This document shows, one piece after another, positions 39,143 through 47,735 of a stretch of DNA of 64,000 nucleotides. Below the pieces are notes generated by a model. That model searched no databases. It had not been told where the DNA came from and saw nothing but the letters and a program-made list of their open reading frames with translations. Every line of letters starts with the position of its first letter. The stretch's first letter is position 1. The DNA lies in the IMG/VR virus record IMGVR_UViG_3300034061_004620. One strand, given 5' to 3'. Source of the DNA: a virus. Its lineage: Duplodnaviria > Caudoviricetes. The translations under genes and the position numbers were made by a program.

Positions 39143-39458
39143 TCTTAAAGATCAAATTGAAGTTAAAATTAAATTGATAGAGCATCATAATCCAGTCTAT
39201 ACATTTACAGTCAACGATTTGCCAGTAACAGATGTACTAAGAATTGGATTGCTTGATGATTTGCATTTTAGTTGTAATATAAGCAAAGGAGCTGTTGAAA
39301 TTAGTAACATAACGGTAAATGGAAATCAAGTTATGCCCGTTTATCAACATTTATCGCACCCGCCTACCAATTGGATTACCCAAAATTGGTGCCTAACTAT
39401 TCCCGGGCCATTTTACCCTTGGTATCACCAAATAACCGGTCAAGGTTGGACGGCTTGA
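39132..39458 (+). CDS. Hypothetical protein (start uncertain)
   Basis: ORF 39099-39458 overlapping the radical SAM stop. Confidence 0.6.
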   Translation: MAIDLKDQIEVKIKLIEHHNPVYTFTVNDLPVTDVLRIGLLDDLHFSCNISKGAVEISNITVNGNQVMPVYQHLSHPPTNWITQNWCLTIPGPFYPWYHQITGQGWTA

Positions 39459-39483
39459 CCTAATCAAAATATACTGCTATAAT
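39455..39483 (+). promoter_or_regulatory. Sigma70-type promoter, probably leaderless
   Basis: TTGACC-17-TATAAT; ATG 6 nt after the -10 box. Confidence 0.75.
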
Positions 39484-39488
39484 GCAGT

Positions 39489-39716
39489 ATGACTACCTTA
39501 ATAATTGAAAAGGAACAGTGGAAGTTGGTACGTGACCGCATTGAAAATGATCACGGCCAAAATTTCTTTTTGATTTCTTGGCGGGTTAAAAGAGAATTGG
39601 GGTTCACTGTTAGAACTTACTTTTTTTATGATAAAAACAAAGAACGTACTTCTGACATAAGACTGGATTTTGATGATCCGGCTCGTGCAACTTATTTTCA
39701 GTTAAAATATCTATGA
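39489..39716 (+). CDS. Small paralogue family member
   Basis: C-terminal LDFDDPARATYFQLKY. Confidence 0.7.
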   Translation: MTTLIIEKEQWKLVRDRIENDHGQNFFLISWRVKRELGFTVRTYFFYDKNKERTSDIRLDFDDPARATYFQLKYL

Positions 39717-40063
39717 CTACTAATGCATATCTTGTTTATTGGTGTGAGGAAGGTCTGGAAAGTGTGGTTCCTATCACGGAATACGAACAGTGGGATAGAG
39801 ATAACACTTTTAAAGTGTTAAATAATCAAGAGACGGCACGTAATCCACTTAATCAGCTGATACAAAACATGTTGCTTAGAGCTCGTGTTAATGGTCAGAG
39901 ACACTATGAACTTTATGCCATTGATTGCCAAGACGCGATTAGTAAAGAAGATATAGCACAAATGTTTGAGGATGATCCACAAGCAGCAGCAGATTTGTTT
40001 AGATCACGCGGCCATCGACTGTACAGCGACCGTGCAGAAAAGAATCGTGTTCGAATCACATGA
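39713..40063 (+). CDS. Hypothetical protein
   Basis: 116 aa, ATGA overlap. Confidence 0.7.
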   Translation: MTTNAYLVYWCEEGLESVVPITEYEQWDRDNTFKVLNNQETARNPLNQLIQNMLLRARVNGQRHYELYAIDCQDAISKEDIAQMFEDDPQAAADLFRSRGHRLYSDRAEKNRVRIT

Positions 40064-40377
40064 ACATACAAGAGATCGTTATACAAAAAGCAGCAAAAGA
40101 AATACAACTGGCGATTGATTTAGAAGTATTTCAATCGTTTTTTAATAATAAATCCATGAAGATAGTTTGGGAAAGAGATACAGCATATCCGTTAATAGTA
40201 GTTGCCAGAATTGCCTACGATCACGGACCCATTACTCAAACTGGATTAAGGGAACATGACCTTGAACCGATTCAACTATGGTGCATGCACAATAGATGTG
40301 GTAGGAGAACAAGTTTTGATACATTTAAATTTCGCAACGAAGCAGAGTTGTCATTGTTTTTGCTGAAGTGGGGATAG
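40060..40377 (+). CDS. Small paralogue family member
   Basis: C-terminal FKFRNEAELSLFLLKW. Confidence 0.7.
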   Translation: MNIQEIVIQKAAKEIQLAIDLEVFQSFFNNKSMKIVWERDTAYPLIVVARIAYDHGPITQTGLREHDLEPIQLWCMHNRCGRRTSFDTFKFRNEAELSLFLLKWG

Positions 40378-40378
40378 T

Positions 40379-40630
40379 ATGCAATTTGCTTTTAGAGATG
40401 CACCTGAGTGGTTTTATGCTCATATAATAAAATGTTATATCGACGAACTTCACAGTATTCAGATGGCAGGTAAAAAAAATTCAGAATACAACGACGAACA
40501 ATTTAAGCGGATAGCAGTAGAATTTTTTACCAACAAAGGGTTCACTGTTTGGCTGAATCAAGCAGGACAATTATGGTTTGATGTAGATCCAAATAGTACC
40601 AAATGGACTTTTGAAATTTTAAGGACATGA
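40379..40630 (+). CDS. Small protein, divergent family member
   Basis: C-terminal LWFDVDPNSTKWTFEILR. Confidence 0.6.
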   Translation: MQFAFRDAPEWFYAHIIKCYIDELHSIQMAGKKNSEYNDEQFKRIAVEFFTNKGFTVWLNQAGQLWFDVDPNSTKWTFEILRT

Positions 40631-40631
40631 C

Positions 40632-40823
40632 ATGTTAGATTTGATGCCTTGGATACTTGTAGTACAATTGTGGACAGATCCACCGCCCAAAATGAAATTT
40701 GTTTACAGTAAAGTCTACCCAAATTACGCCGAATGCATGGATGCAAGAAAAGAATGGGACAACAAAGGATTTGTTGCTATCTGTTCAGTCAAACCCGTTA
40801 AAGAAAACGATAAAAAACCGTGA
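40632..40823 (+). CDS. Small two-Cys protein, family copy 2
   Basis: WILVV...YPNYAEC...AIC. Confidence 0.6.
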   Translation: MLDLMPWILVVQLWTDPPPKMKFVYSKVYPNYAECMDARKEWDNKGFVAICSVKPVKENDKKP

Positions 40824-41059
40824 GTGTGGTGTTTCCAGCAGAAAAAGGTAGATTTATTCATACTGGCCCTTTCGATGAGGACATGCCTTATCACTACATT
40901 ATCATATGCGATTATCGTTGGTGGGCCAACAATGAAACAGAGATATATACTTGGATGGATCAGTGTTTGCCCAAAGGAAGAAAACATCAACAGGGCATGG
41001 TTGTAGTAATAGAAAACGAATCTGATGCAAGTAACTTTTTATTAAAATGGCAACTGTAA
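40820..41059 (+). CDS. Small paralogue family member
   Basis: C-terminal VVIENESDASNFLLKW; GTG start. Confidence 0.7.
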   Translation: MSVVFPAEKGRFIHTGPFDEDMPYHYIIICDYRWWANNETEIYTWMDQCLPKGRKHQQGMVVVIENESDASNFLLKWQL

Positions 41060-41271
41060 TTCTATACGATGTTGAAGAAATACCAATAACAGAATGGGCA
41101 AGAAATCACTGTCTCAGTTTTGTCGGATGGATGATTTATGAAAACGAAGCCACTATAGGTTGGATAGATGATGACCCAGACTGGTGGGCAAGATACGAAT
41201 TTGAATTTACTAATGAACAAGAAGCTCTAATATTTCAAATGCGCTGGCAAGGACAATCTCATGCAACATAA
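41047..41271 (+). CDS. Small paralogue family member
   Basis: C-terminal FEFTNEQEALIFQMRW. Confidence 0.7.
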   Translation: MATVILYDVEEIPITEWARNHCLSFVGWMIYENEATIGWIDDDPDWWARYEFEFTNEQEALIFQMRWQGQSHAT

Positions 41272-41683
41272 TTTAGAACGTGACATGAAAGATGCTCGAT
41301 GGTTCGTAGATAAAGTGCGAGCAAGTGAAAGTTATTCTCAAAATTTATACGCTGCACTTTGTAATAATGCTTTTCAAAAATTAGAACTCATGCCCGTGCT
41401 CAAGGATGAAGTATGGTCATGTACTTGGCGCTACGCTGGAGGTATAGTAGCAGATATTCGCTGCGAAGGTGATTACATGGACTGGTATTGTTCGGGCATT
41501 CATGACACCGGTCTTTACAACGAAGATGGTTTAACTATGGAACTGTCAGAAGAACAATTGGCACAGATGACCATGACAGCAAAGTATGTTCCTGAAAGCA
41601 TAATTACCCAAGAAATACGTGAAGATTTTAAACAACTTGGATGGGTTGTGGTGGAAGATTATTATGACGACGACGGTATCTAA
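41261..41683 (+). CDS. Hypothetical protein
   Basis: 140 aa with YAALCN, SCTWRYAGG, DWYC. Confidence 0.7.
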   Translation: MQHNLERDMKDARWFVDKVRASESYSQNLYAALCNNAFQKLELMPVLKDEVWSCTWRYAGGIVADIRCEGDYMDWYCSGIHDTGLYNEDGLTMELSEEQLAQMTMTAKYVPESIITQEIREDFKQLGWVVVEDYYDDDGI

Positions 41684-41954
41684 ACACTTACAAGATGTCC
41701 CGCCACTGGAGAATCATCCATACGAGTGGGCATGGAATCTGCATCCAACAGACAAAATGAGCATAGTGATTTATCATTGGAGTAAACCGGTTATGCGTTT
41801 TTCATTGTGTGAAGCAATTGAATCCAGCAGTCGAAATGAAGTATTAAAACACATTGTTGAATGCGACAATACACCTTGGCTTAAATCTTGGCAAGAAGAA
41901 AAACATACATGCCTAATCAATTTACTCGCAGCAGATTACAATGCAAACCTATAA
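41664..41954 (+). CDS. Hypothetical protein (start uncertain)
   Basis: ORF 41619-41954; ATG 41664 minimises overlap. Confidence 0.55.
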   Translation: MTTTVSKHLQDVPPLENHPYEWAWNLHPTDKMSIVIYHWSKPVMRFSLCEAIESSSRNEVLKHIVECDNTPWLKSWQEEKHTCLINLLAADYNANL

Positions 41955-42138
41955 CAAACTACACTGGCCATATCAATACCGTATGCTGCCTGAACCAGAT
42001 GCTTGGGAACAAGCCTGTAGATTAGAAGCCTATTGTATAGATAACTTTGATAGAGGTGCATGGCGGAACAATGGTCTATATTTTGCATTTAAAAACCAAG
42101 CAGATGCTACTATATTTTTACTAAGATGGGGTGGTTAA
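41941..42138 (+). CDS. Small paralogue family member
   Basis: C-terminal FAFKNQADATIFLLRW. Confidence 0.7.
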   Translation: MQTYNKLHWPYQYRMLPEPDAWEQACRLEAYCIDNFDRGAWRNNGLYFAFKNQADATIFLLRWGG

Positions 42139-42402
42139 GTGCCGAGCGAAATAAGAATACCATATCCTAAATTAGAAAAAAACCTAAACGAAATCGAAGA
42201 GTGGTTGAGGACCAATGCTGGCACAGGATCGGTAAGATATGGTGGACGCGAAGGAGAAATTCGTCATTGGTTAAATGGTGACGATTGGTTGTATTATGTG
42301 CAATATACATTAGGGGATCAGGCCTCGTTGGAGGATTCGACTACGGTTTACATTTTCAAAAATGAAAAGGTTGCAACCGAATTTGCACTAAGATTCGTGT
42401 AA
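42139..42402 (+). CDS. Small paralogue family member
   Basis: C-terminal YIFKNEKVATEFALRF; GTG start. Confidence 0.65.
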   Translation: MPSEIRIPYPKLEKNLNEIEEWLRTNAGTGSVRYGGREGEIRHWLNGDDWLYYVQYTLGDQASLEDSTTVYIFKNEKVATEFALRFV

Positions 42403-42455
42403 TTGACTTTATATTGGATTGCTGTTAAAATATACTTTTTACCTAACTTACTTCT

Positions 42456-42704
42456 ATGCACACTGACGCTCTCGGCAAAGATATTGTGGTTGATGATTAT
42501 GTGGCTTTCCCGCAGGCCAACCGGCTCATGATAGGTAAAGTTGCTCGATTGAGTAACAAAATGATTATTATAGAAGCAGTGGTCAAGAAAAGAATCAATC
42601 GGCGCACGGGCGAATTTGTTGAAACCTATCGCAAATATCCCAAGGATAGCGTTATAGTAGATCGAGATGCTGGGCTTACAATGTACGTTATAAGGAACTC
42701 ATGA
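42456..42704 (+). CDS. Small SH3/KOW-like hypothetical protein
   Basis: DALGKDIVVDDYVAF...IGKV; TTGACT/TAAAAT promoter upstream. Confidence 0.6.
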   Translation: MHTDALGKDIVVDDYVAFPQANRLMIGKVARLSNKMIIIEAVVKKRINRRTGEFVETYRKYPKDSVIVDRDAGLTMYVIRNS

Positions 42705-43717
42705 TTAAACGAATTGGCTTTGCTTGTAAATGGCTGAATGATCCGAGCGAATGTGGCGGCATGAAAGTGAATGCTGTGGATAGGGATCTCAATGGCCGAT
42801 CGACTACTATGCGTTGGTTGCGAGAGCATCCTGGTGAGGCTGAACAGCGTCAGTGGGACATAATGAATCACAACGCTGCTGCGGCAGTAAAGATGGTTGA
42901 GCGTGTGGCTACCTTGCCTGCTGAGCGTAGAATGGTACGTTTAGGTAGCGAAATGTTGCAAGGCTACACTGAACCCAATTGGATTGAATGGTGGCAACAA
43001 GCAGATGTACAACGCCATTTAGAAAAGATCTTTGCACCTATTGGTGAAACTGCACGCCGCCTGGATGTACGGCTAAGTTTTCATCCCGGGCAATTTTGTG
43101 TGTTGGCCAGTGAGAATGACAACATCGTAAATAGAAGTATAGAGGAGTTTGAATATCATGCAGATATGGCAAGATGGATGGGCTACGGCGCTTCGTTTCA
43201 GGACTTTAAAATCAATGTCCACATCTCGGGTAAACGCGGTCCAGCCGGTATCCGCAGTGCGCTCCAGCGCCTCAGCCCCGAAGCAAGAAATTGCATCACG
43301 ATCGAAAACGACGAAATGTCATGGGGACTTGAAGCCAGTCTTGAATTGGCGAATGACGTCGCTTTGGTATTAGATCTACATCATCATTGGATTGCCACAG
43401 GAGAATACATTGAGCATAGAGATGATCGTATCAAGAGGGTCATTGATAGTTGGCGCGGTGTGCGCCCTGTCGTTCATTATAGCATTAGTCGTGAAGATGT
43501 TCTTGTGGGTTATGACCCTACCTGCCGTCCGCAACTTGATACACTTTTAGCACAGGGTTACAAAAAACAAAAACTGCGAGCGCACAGTGACTTTGCGTGG
43601 AATCAAGCGTGTAACGAGTGGGCATTAGAACACAATGAGTGGGCTGATATCATGGTCGAAGCCAAAGGAAAGAATTTGGCCAGCCAACAATTATACGAAC
43701 AATCTAAACTTCTCTGA
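42701..43717 (+). CDS. uvsE: UV damage endonuclease UvsE/UVDE
   Basis: IGFACK, RLSFHPGQF, IENDE, LDLHHHW, AHSD, MVEAKGK. Confidence 0.93.
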   Translation: MIKRIGFACKWLNDPSECGGMKVNAVDRDLNGRSTTMRWLREHPGEAEQRQWDIMNHNAAAAVKMVERVATLPAERRMVRLGSEMLQGYTEPNWIEWWQQADVQRHLEKIFAPIGETARRLDVRLSFHPGQFCVLASENDNIVNRSIEEFEYHADMARWMGYGASFQDFKINVHISGKRGPAGIRSALQRLSPEARNCITIENDEMSWGLEASLELANDVALVLDLHHHWIATGEYIEHRDDRIKRVIDSWRGVRPVVHYSISREDVLVGYDPTCRPQLDTLLAQGYKKQKLRAHSDFAWNQACNEWALEHNEWADIMVEAKGKNLASQQLYEQSKLL

Positions 43718-44828
43718 GATTGAGATCCTGTAACAAGGGCCTTATTTCTTGATCTAACAGGGAAGAAAATTCTCCGTACCAATCGCGTTCAATCATGACA
43801 TGATAGTTGTGTTCCACTATATCTTTGACCTGTGTCAACACAGTTTCAGGATCTTGTTTACACAGCCATGACACTTGATCCATGGCCATGGTCCAACGAT
43901 GATGGGAATCTGGTTCGTTATCGTAACTTTCGTCAATGATGCTATCAAAGGTTCGAAAACCAAAATCTCGTAGATTTTTCAAATAATGCTGACCAGCAAC
44001 AGCTACAAACAATCTCTTTGATATAATGGGCTTGACAATTTTTTCTGTATAAAAATTGTAATGATTCTCAAAGTTGGTTTCTGCAACAATGGAATAATTT
44101 GTTTGATTATAGACAGTCAATGGCACAACACAGCTAATTCCCAGTCTATGTCCATAATATAACACTTGATCTATGCTATGCGAAAACTTCAAATCGGGAA
44201 TAATTTCCACACCTTCTGTTTCCATAATAAAATTAGGATTGTTATCTAACCTGGTTTGTATATTATGATAATAAGTCATAATGACTTGATCTTCAATTGA
44301 TCTGGTTTTAACCCAATCATATACAAAATCTCTATGTATTCGTTGAGCACCGAGCAAAGCATCAAATGCAATTGGTTTTACTCCTGGTAATAATTTATTA
44401 TCTAAAAATCCTGGATGTAACTCTTTATAAAAATACAATGTTTGGGTAAACCAATCCATCCAGGGGTACACACGAGCTGTATTAAACTTGTCTCTAAAGG
44501 CACCATTAACAAAAATAGTAATCTTGGGTCTGTCTAATAGACGTAATTGTTCTTCGGTTCGAATATGTAATTCGCTACAGAATACAAATATTCTGTCGGT
44601 ACAATCGTAAATTTGATCCAAGCGATCTAACCAGCCTGTTTCGGCAGGAAACGGCACATGAAAGCCGGCAAATTTTATCTTATATTCGCGTTCTATAAAT
44701 TTATCAAGAGAATCGGCACCATAATAGTGCCGATGTCCATCAAACCTAATGTGCTTTAACATGTTGAAATGATATTGACTTGCACCGCTTCCTTCATGGT
44801 AGACGCCAACATCCTCAACTATAATCAT
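43704..44828 (-). CDS. Glycosyltransferase-like protein, paralogue 3 of 3
   Basis: VAET...YTEKIVKP...GFRTF...IDESYD. Confidence 0.55.
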   Translation of the reverse strand: MIIVEDVGVYHEGSGASQYHFNMLKHIRFDGHRHYYGADSLDKFIEREYKIKFAGFHVPFPAETGWLDRLDQIYDCTDRIFVFCSELHIRTEEQLRLLDRPKITIFVNGAFRDKFNTARVYPWMDWFTQTLYFYKELHPGFLDNKLLPGVKPIAFDALLGAQRIHRDFVYDWVKTRSIEDQVIMTYYHNIQTRLDNNPNFIMETEGVEIIPDLKFSHSIDQVLYYGHRLGISCVVPLTVYNQTNYSIVAETNFENHYNFYTEKIVKPIISKRLFVAVAGQHYLKNLRDFGFRTFDSIIDESYDNEPDSHHRWTMAMDQVSWLCKQDPETVLTQVKDIVEHNYHVMIERDWYGEFSSLLDQEIRPLLQDLNLREV

Positions 44829-45211
44829 TTTGATTTTGGTTTTTTTGTTGCAGTTTTCTTAACAGCAGCTTTGGCCTTGGTTGCAGTTTCTTTCACTTTG
44901 GCTTTGGCTTTGGTAGCTGTTTTCTTTGTTTTTTCAACAACTACTTCGGCTGCGGCCACGGCGTCCTTGAGATCAACCTTACCATCTTTGTTTACGTCTA
45001 AGACCGAGGTAAGTGTAGGTACGCTTTCGTGTCCAATTCCATCCGGTTTGGTTGTTGTTTCTGTTGGACGTGAAGTGGGAAATGGCCATGCTTCTGATGG
45101 TTTGGTTGCACCATCTAATGGATGTGATCCGGATTCTTCGAATTTGCGATCCTTCCATAAGAAATATGCTACAACAGCAACCGCTGCTACTATGATAATA
45201 AGTAATTCCAT
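44825..45211 (-). CDS. Membrane-anchored protein with EF-hand-like loop and Lys/Ala-rich tail
   Basis: N-terminal TM, DVNKDGKVDLKD, KATAKAKAK repeats; reverse-strand SD and CTAAATA upstream. Confidence 0.75.
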   Translation of the reverse strand: MELLIIIVAAVAVVAYFLWKDRKFEESGSHPLDGATKPSEAWPFPTSRPTETTTKPDGIGHESVPTLTSVLDVNKDGKVDLKDAVAAAEVVVEKTKKTATKAKAKVKETATKAKAAVKKTATKKPKSK

Positions 45212-45288
45212 TTGATTTCTCCTTGAATGTATTCTAATATTTAGTGGTACAAAATGGTAAAATTAAATTCAAATAGTAGCATATTAAT

Positions 45289-45319
45289 TGTTGCGTTGCA
45301 GCATAAATTACTGTATAAT
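45289..45319 (+). promoter_or_regulatory. Sigma70 promoter overlapped by a PhaR-like inverted repeat
   Basis: TGTTGC-GTT-GCAGCA (45289-45303) over -35 TTGCGT; -10 TATAAT at 45314. Confidence 0.5.
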
Positions 45320-45347
45320 ACACAAACATTAACTAAAGGAGATTATA

Positions 45348-45575
45348 ATGTTTACAGTTGATACAGTGGTCGACAATGCAGTAAAAACAAGTAAAGCAGT
45401 TCTTATCCATGTTCCAAATGAAGATGTTCGTACCAGTATGGAAAAATTGGTAGAGGCCAATGCCACATTCGCCAAGACAGTTTACAACACCAGTTTTGAG
45501 TTGGCTAAAAATGTTGCTGATTCTGCAATTGCTTTCTTTCCCAAGCAACCTGCTGCTACCAGCAAAAGCAAATAA
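45348..45575 (+). CDS. Phasin-like amphipathic helical protein
   Basis: 75 aa, Ala/Lys/Thr-rich amphipathic helices, SD AAGGAG, PhaR-like box upstream. Confidence 0.45.
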   Translation: MFTVDTVVDNAVKTSKAVLIHVPNEDVRTSMEKLVEANATFAKTVYNTSFELAKNVADSAIAFFPKQPAATSKSK

Positions 45576-45597
45576 TTGCTAAAATAGCAAGATCCGT

Positions 45598-45637
45598 AAA
45601 AGCCCTGCTTGACAGGGCTTTTTTTATGTGTTAGTAT
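45598..45637 (+). terminator. Intrinsic terminator containing the -35 box of the next promoter
   Basis: AAAAGCCCTG-CTTGA-CAGGGCTTTT; TTGACA (45609)-17-TAGTAT (45632). Confidence 0.75.
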
Positions 45638-45664
45638 ATAGATCCTACTAACTTACATTCATTT

Positions 45665-45958
45665 ATGTCGATGAATAAATTACTACTTAATTGTAGACCA
45701 GCCACGGTTTTTGATCCGTCCAACAAGGATCATCGTAGAGCATACTACAAATTTATTAAACTGTCCACTTGGGGTCGTAGTCCTTACCAGTTTTTGCTTG
45801 ATCCTGGATTTGAAGATGTGCCCACCATGTGTCGTCACAGACTGTGCGAATACTATGTGGGACGTGAATTTGGTGACAAACTGCTGGATCCACCACCTAC
45901 CGGTAAAAATACCAAGCTAACTGTAGTCAAACTCAAACCCAAACAAATGCTTGACTAA
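45665..45958 (+). CDS. Hypothetical protein
   Basis: 97 aa ORF after promoter. Confidence 0.65.
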   Translation: MSMNKLLLNCRPATVFDPSNKDHRRAYYKFIKLSTWGRSPYQFLLDPGFEDVPTMCRHRLCEYYVGREFGDKLLDPPPTGKNTKLTVVKLKPKQMLD

Positions 45959-46013
45959 AATACTCATTTCTAATATAATTAACTCATCTTTTAATTTTAC
46001 TGGAGATAGCACA

Positions 46014-46388
46014 ATGGGTTTGGATATGTATGCCTACGCCGCTGCAAAAGCAAATGAAGACTGGGGTACCGGATCACAACGAGAAATAGCCTATTGGCGC
46101 AAACACCCTAATCTACACGGATGGATGGAACAGCTATGGCACCAAAAAGGCTTTCCACTTCCTAATTCAGACGAGCCTATGTTTAACGGTGTAGAAGTAG
46201 AGCTCACCTGGGAAGATTTAGATCAACTCGAGGAGGATGTTAAAAATGGGCGGCTCCCATCTACTTCTGGTTTTTTCTTTGGTAGTGATAGCGATGATTA
46301 TTATCGGCTACAAGATTTAGAATTTATTAGACAAGCTCGCGCTGAGCTTTTTACTGGACTCAAAGTTTTTTACAACTCCTCTTGGTAA
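46014..46388 (+). CDS. Conserved-type phage hypothetical (MGLDMY...YWRKH)
   Basis: Start at ATG 46014 after SD GGAG. Confidence 0.75.
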   Translation: MGLDMYAYAAAKANEDWGTGSQREIAYWRKHPNLHGWMEQLWHQKGFPLPNSDEPMFNGVEVELTWEDLDQLEEDVKNGRLPSTSGFFFGSDSDDYYRLQDLEFIRQARAELFTGLKVFYNSSW

Positions 46389-46397
46389 GGAAATTAT

Positions 46398-46553
46398 ATG
46401 TCACAAGTAGAACGTTTTGCTAACGAAGCAGTTTTTATTCTTCAACTTAACACTCGCGAGGCCACTCGTTATACCCGGCGTAATGCCGGTTGTACCGAGA
46501 TAGTGGCCGAAACTGCTATTAAACAGGCCCTCACATGGTATCGTCAAAAGTAA
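46398..46553 (+). CDS. 51-aa hypothetical (not in ORF track)
   Basis: MSQVERFANEAVFILQLNTREATRY...; SD AAGGA. Confidence 0.55.
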   Translation: MSQVERFANEAVFILQLNTREATRYTRRNAGCTEIVAETAIKQALTWYRQK

Positions 46554-46807
46554 TAGTGATTGGCACGGTGATGCTGAGTGGGTGTGCTTTGTTGCCGCCT
46601 ACTGAGCATCCTACTCCCAATGCCACCATATCACGATGGGGTGTAAACTGTGCCAATCCTGCTGTTGAACGAAGTTTGTTTGAACGCAATCTCAAACTGA
46701 TTGATAAAACTCAACTGGAGCAAAATACAGTGGCAAGAGAAAAGGTCGCTATCATTAACGATAAAATATTAGAATCAGACGACAAATGCGGATCACGTTC
46801 ACGATAA
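46535..46807 (+). CDS. Lipoprotein
   Basis: Lipobox LSGC. Confidence 0.6.
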   Translation: MVSSKVIVIGTVMLSGCALLPPTEHPTPNATISRWGVNCANPAVERSLFERNLKLIDKTQLEQNTVAREKVAIINDKILESDDKCGSRSR

Positions 46808-47106
46808 TCTGTTTGTGCTTGTTTGGTGGTTGTTCGTCTATGACCACCGAAACAAGATTGACAACAAAAGATCTCAATCATTATCAAATTGATTGCAGTG
46901 CCGAAGGCCAAAAGCAATTTCTTGAAAGTCAGCGTGTGAGCGAACGCGATGAGATCGTTAATGCACTGTTAATTCGCAGCTGGTTTGGATATATTGCATC
47001 TATCAACGACGGCACGTATCAAGAACGTAGAAACATAGACGAAGGTCGGCGCAGTGCAGTACAGCGCATGGCCGAATATGACAGGCGTAAAACATGCAGA
47101 GATTGA
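46786..47106 (+). CDS. Lipoprotein
   Basis: Lipobox FGGC after hydrophobic stretch. Confidence 0.65.
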   Translation: MRITFTIICLCLFGGCSSMTTETRLTTKDLNHYQIDCSAEGQKQFLESQRVSERDEIVNALLIRSWFGYIASINDGTYQERRNIDEGRRSAVQRMAEYDRRKTCRD

Positions 47107-47693
47107 TTGCTACCTTATTAATTGCCACAGCAGCCACAGCTTCAGCTGAGTGTTATCAGCGGCGCGAAATATTGAGTGTTGGCGGCTTGCCAATTGACAG
47201 TCGACGTGAAAGTCATGTACAGGTTCAACCCAATCACTACAAATGTACCTATTCATTTAGAGTTTTGGTAGATCGTACCTGGACCTGGGCCGAAAAGTAC
47301 GGTGAAGCTAACACAGCAGTTCGTGCTTGTTTGGCCGCACATGATGCTGCCAGTACCTGGCTCATGACTGCCGTTCCTGAACATGACATTAGTGTACAGC
47401 AAAATGTGGAAACTGTATGCGACACTGCCAAAAAACAGCCCAGACTTGTGCGAATCGGGCAAGAAGTCAATCTCAGCGATTTGACCATTGATCCAAAATT
47501 TGTCAACGCGGATGGTTCGATTCGTTTTGTTCGTCCGGTTGATGCACCTGAGCTCACATGCAGTATCTTCTTGGAAACGGTAATTAGACCCGACGGTGTT
47601 GCTGTTCAAAACAAAGGTTATGTGTGTAAGACTGGATCCACTTGGACTGTTTGGAAGAAATGGGAAAACAGCCGAATTGACAATAAACAATAA
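47094..47693 (+). CDS. Secreted Cys-containing protein
   Basis: Signal peptide ending ASA; six Cys. Confidence 0.7.
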   Translation: MQRLIATLLIATAATASAECYQRREILSVGGLPIDSRRESHVQVQPNHYKCTYSFRVLVDRTWTWAEKYGEANTAVRACLAAHDAASTWLMTAVPEHDISVQQNVETVCDTAKKQPRLVRIGQEVNLSDLTIDPKFVNADGSIRFVRPVDAPELTCSIFLETVIRPDGVAVQNKGYVCKTGSTWTVWKKWENSRIDNKQ

Positions 47694-47735
47694 TTATCTT
47701 ATACTTTAATCATGTTAGATTTTATAGGTGACGTT

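Noticed and set aside
18604-40377. Stop-codon reassignment (TAG or TGA)
   Set aside because: Known genes are intact under the standard code, and TAG (18606, 23656, 40377) and TGA both terminate genes with tight downstream coupling
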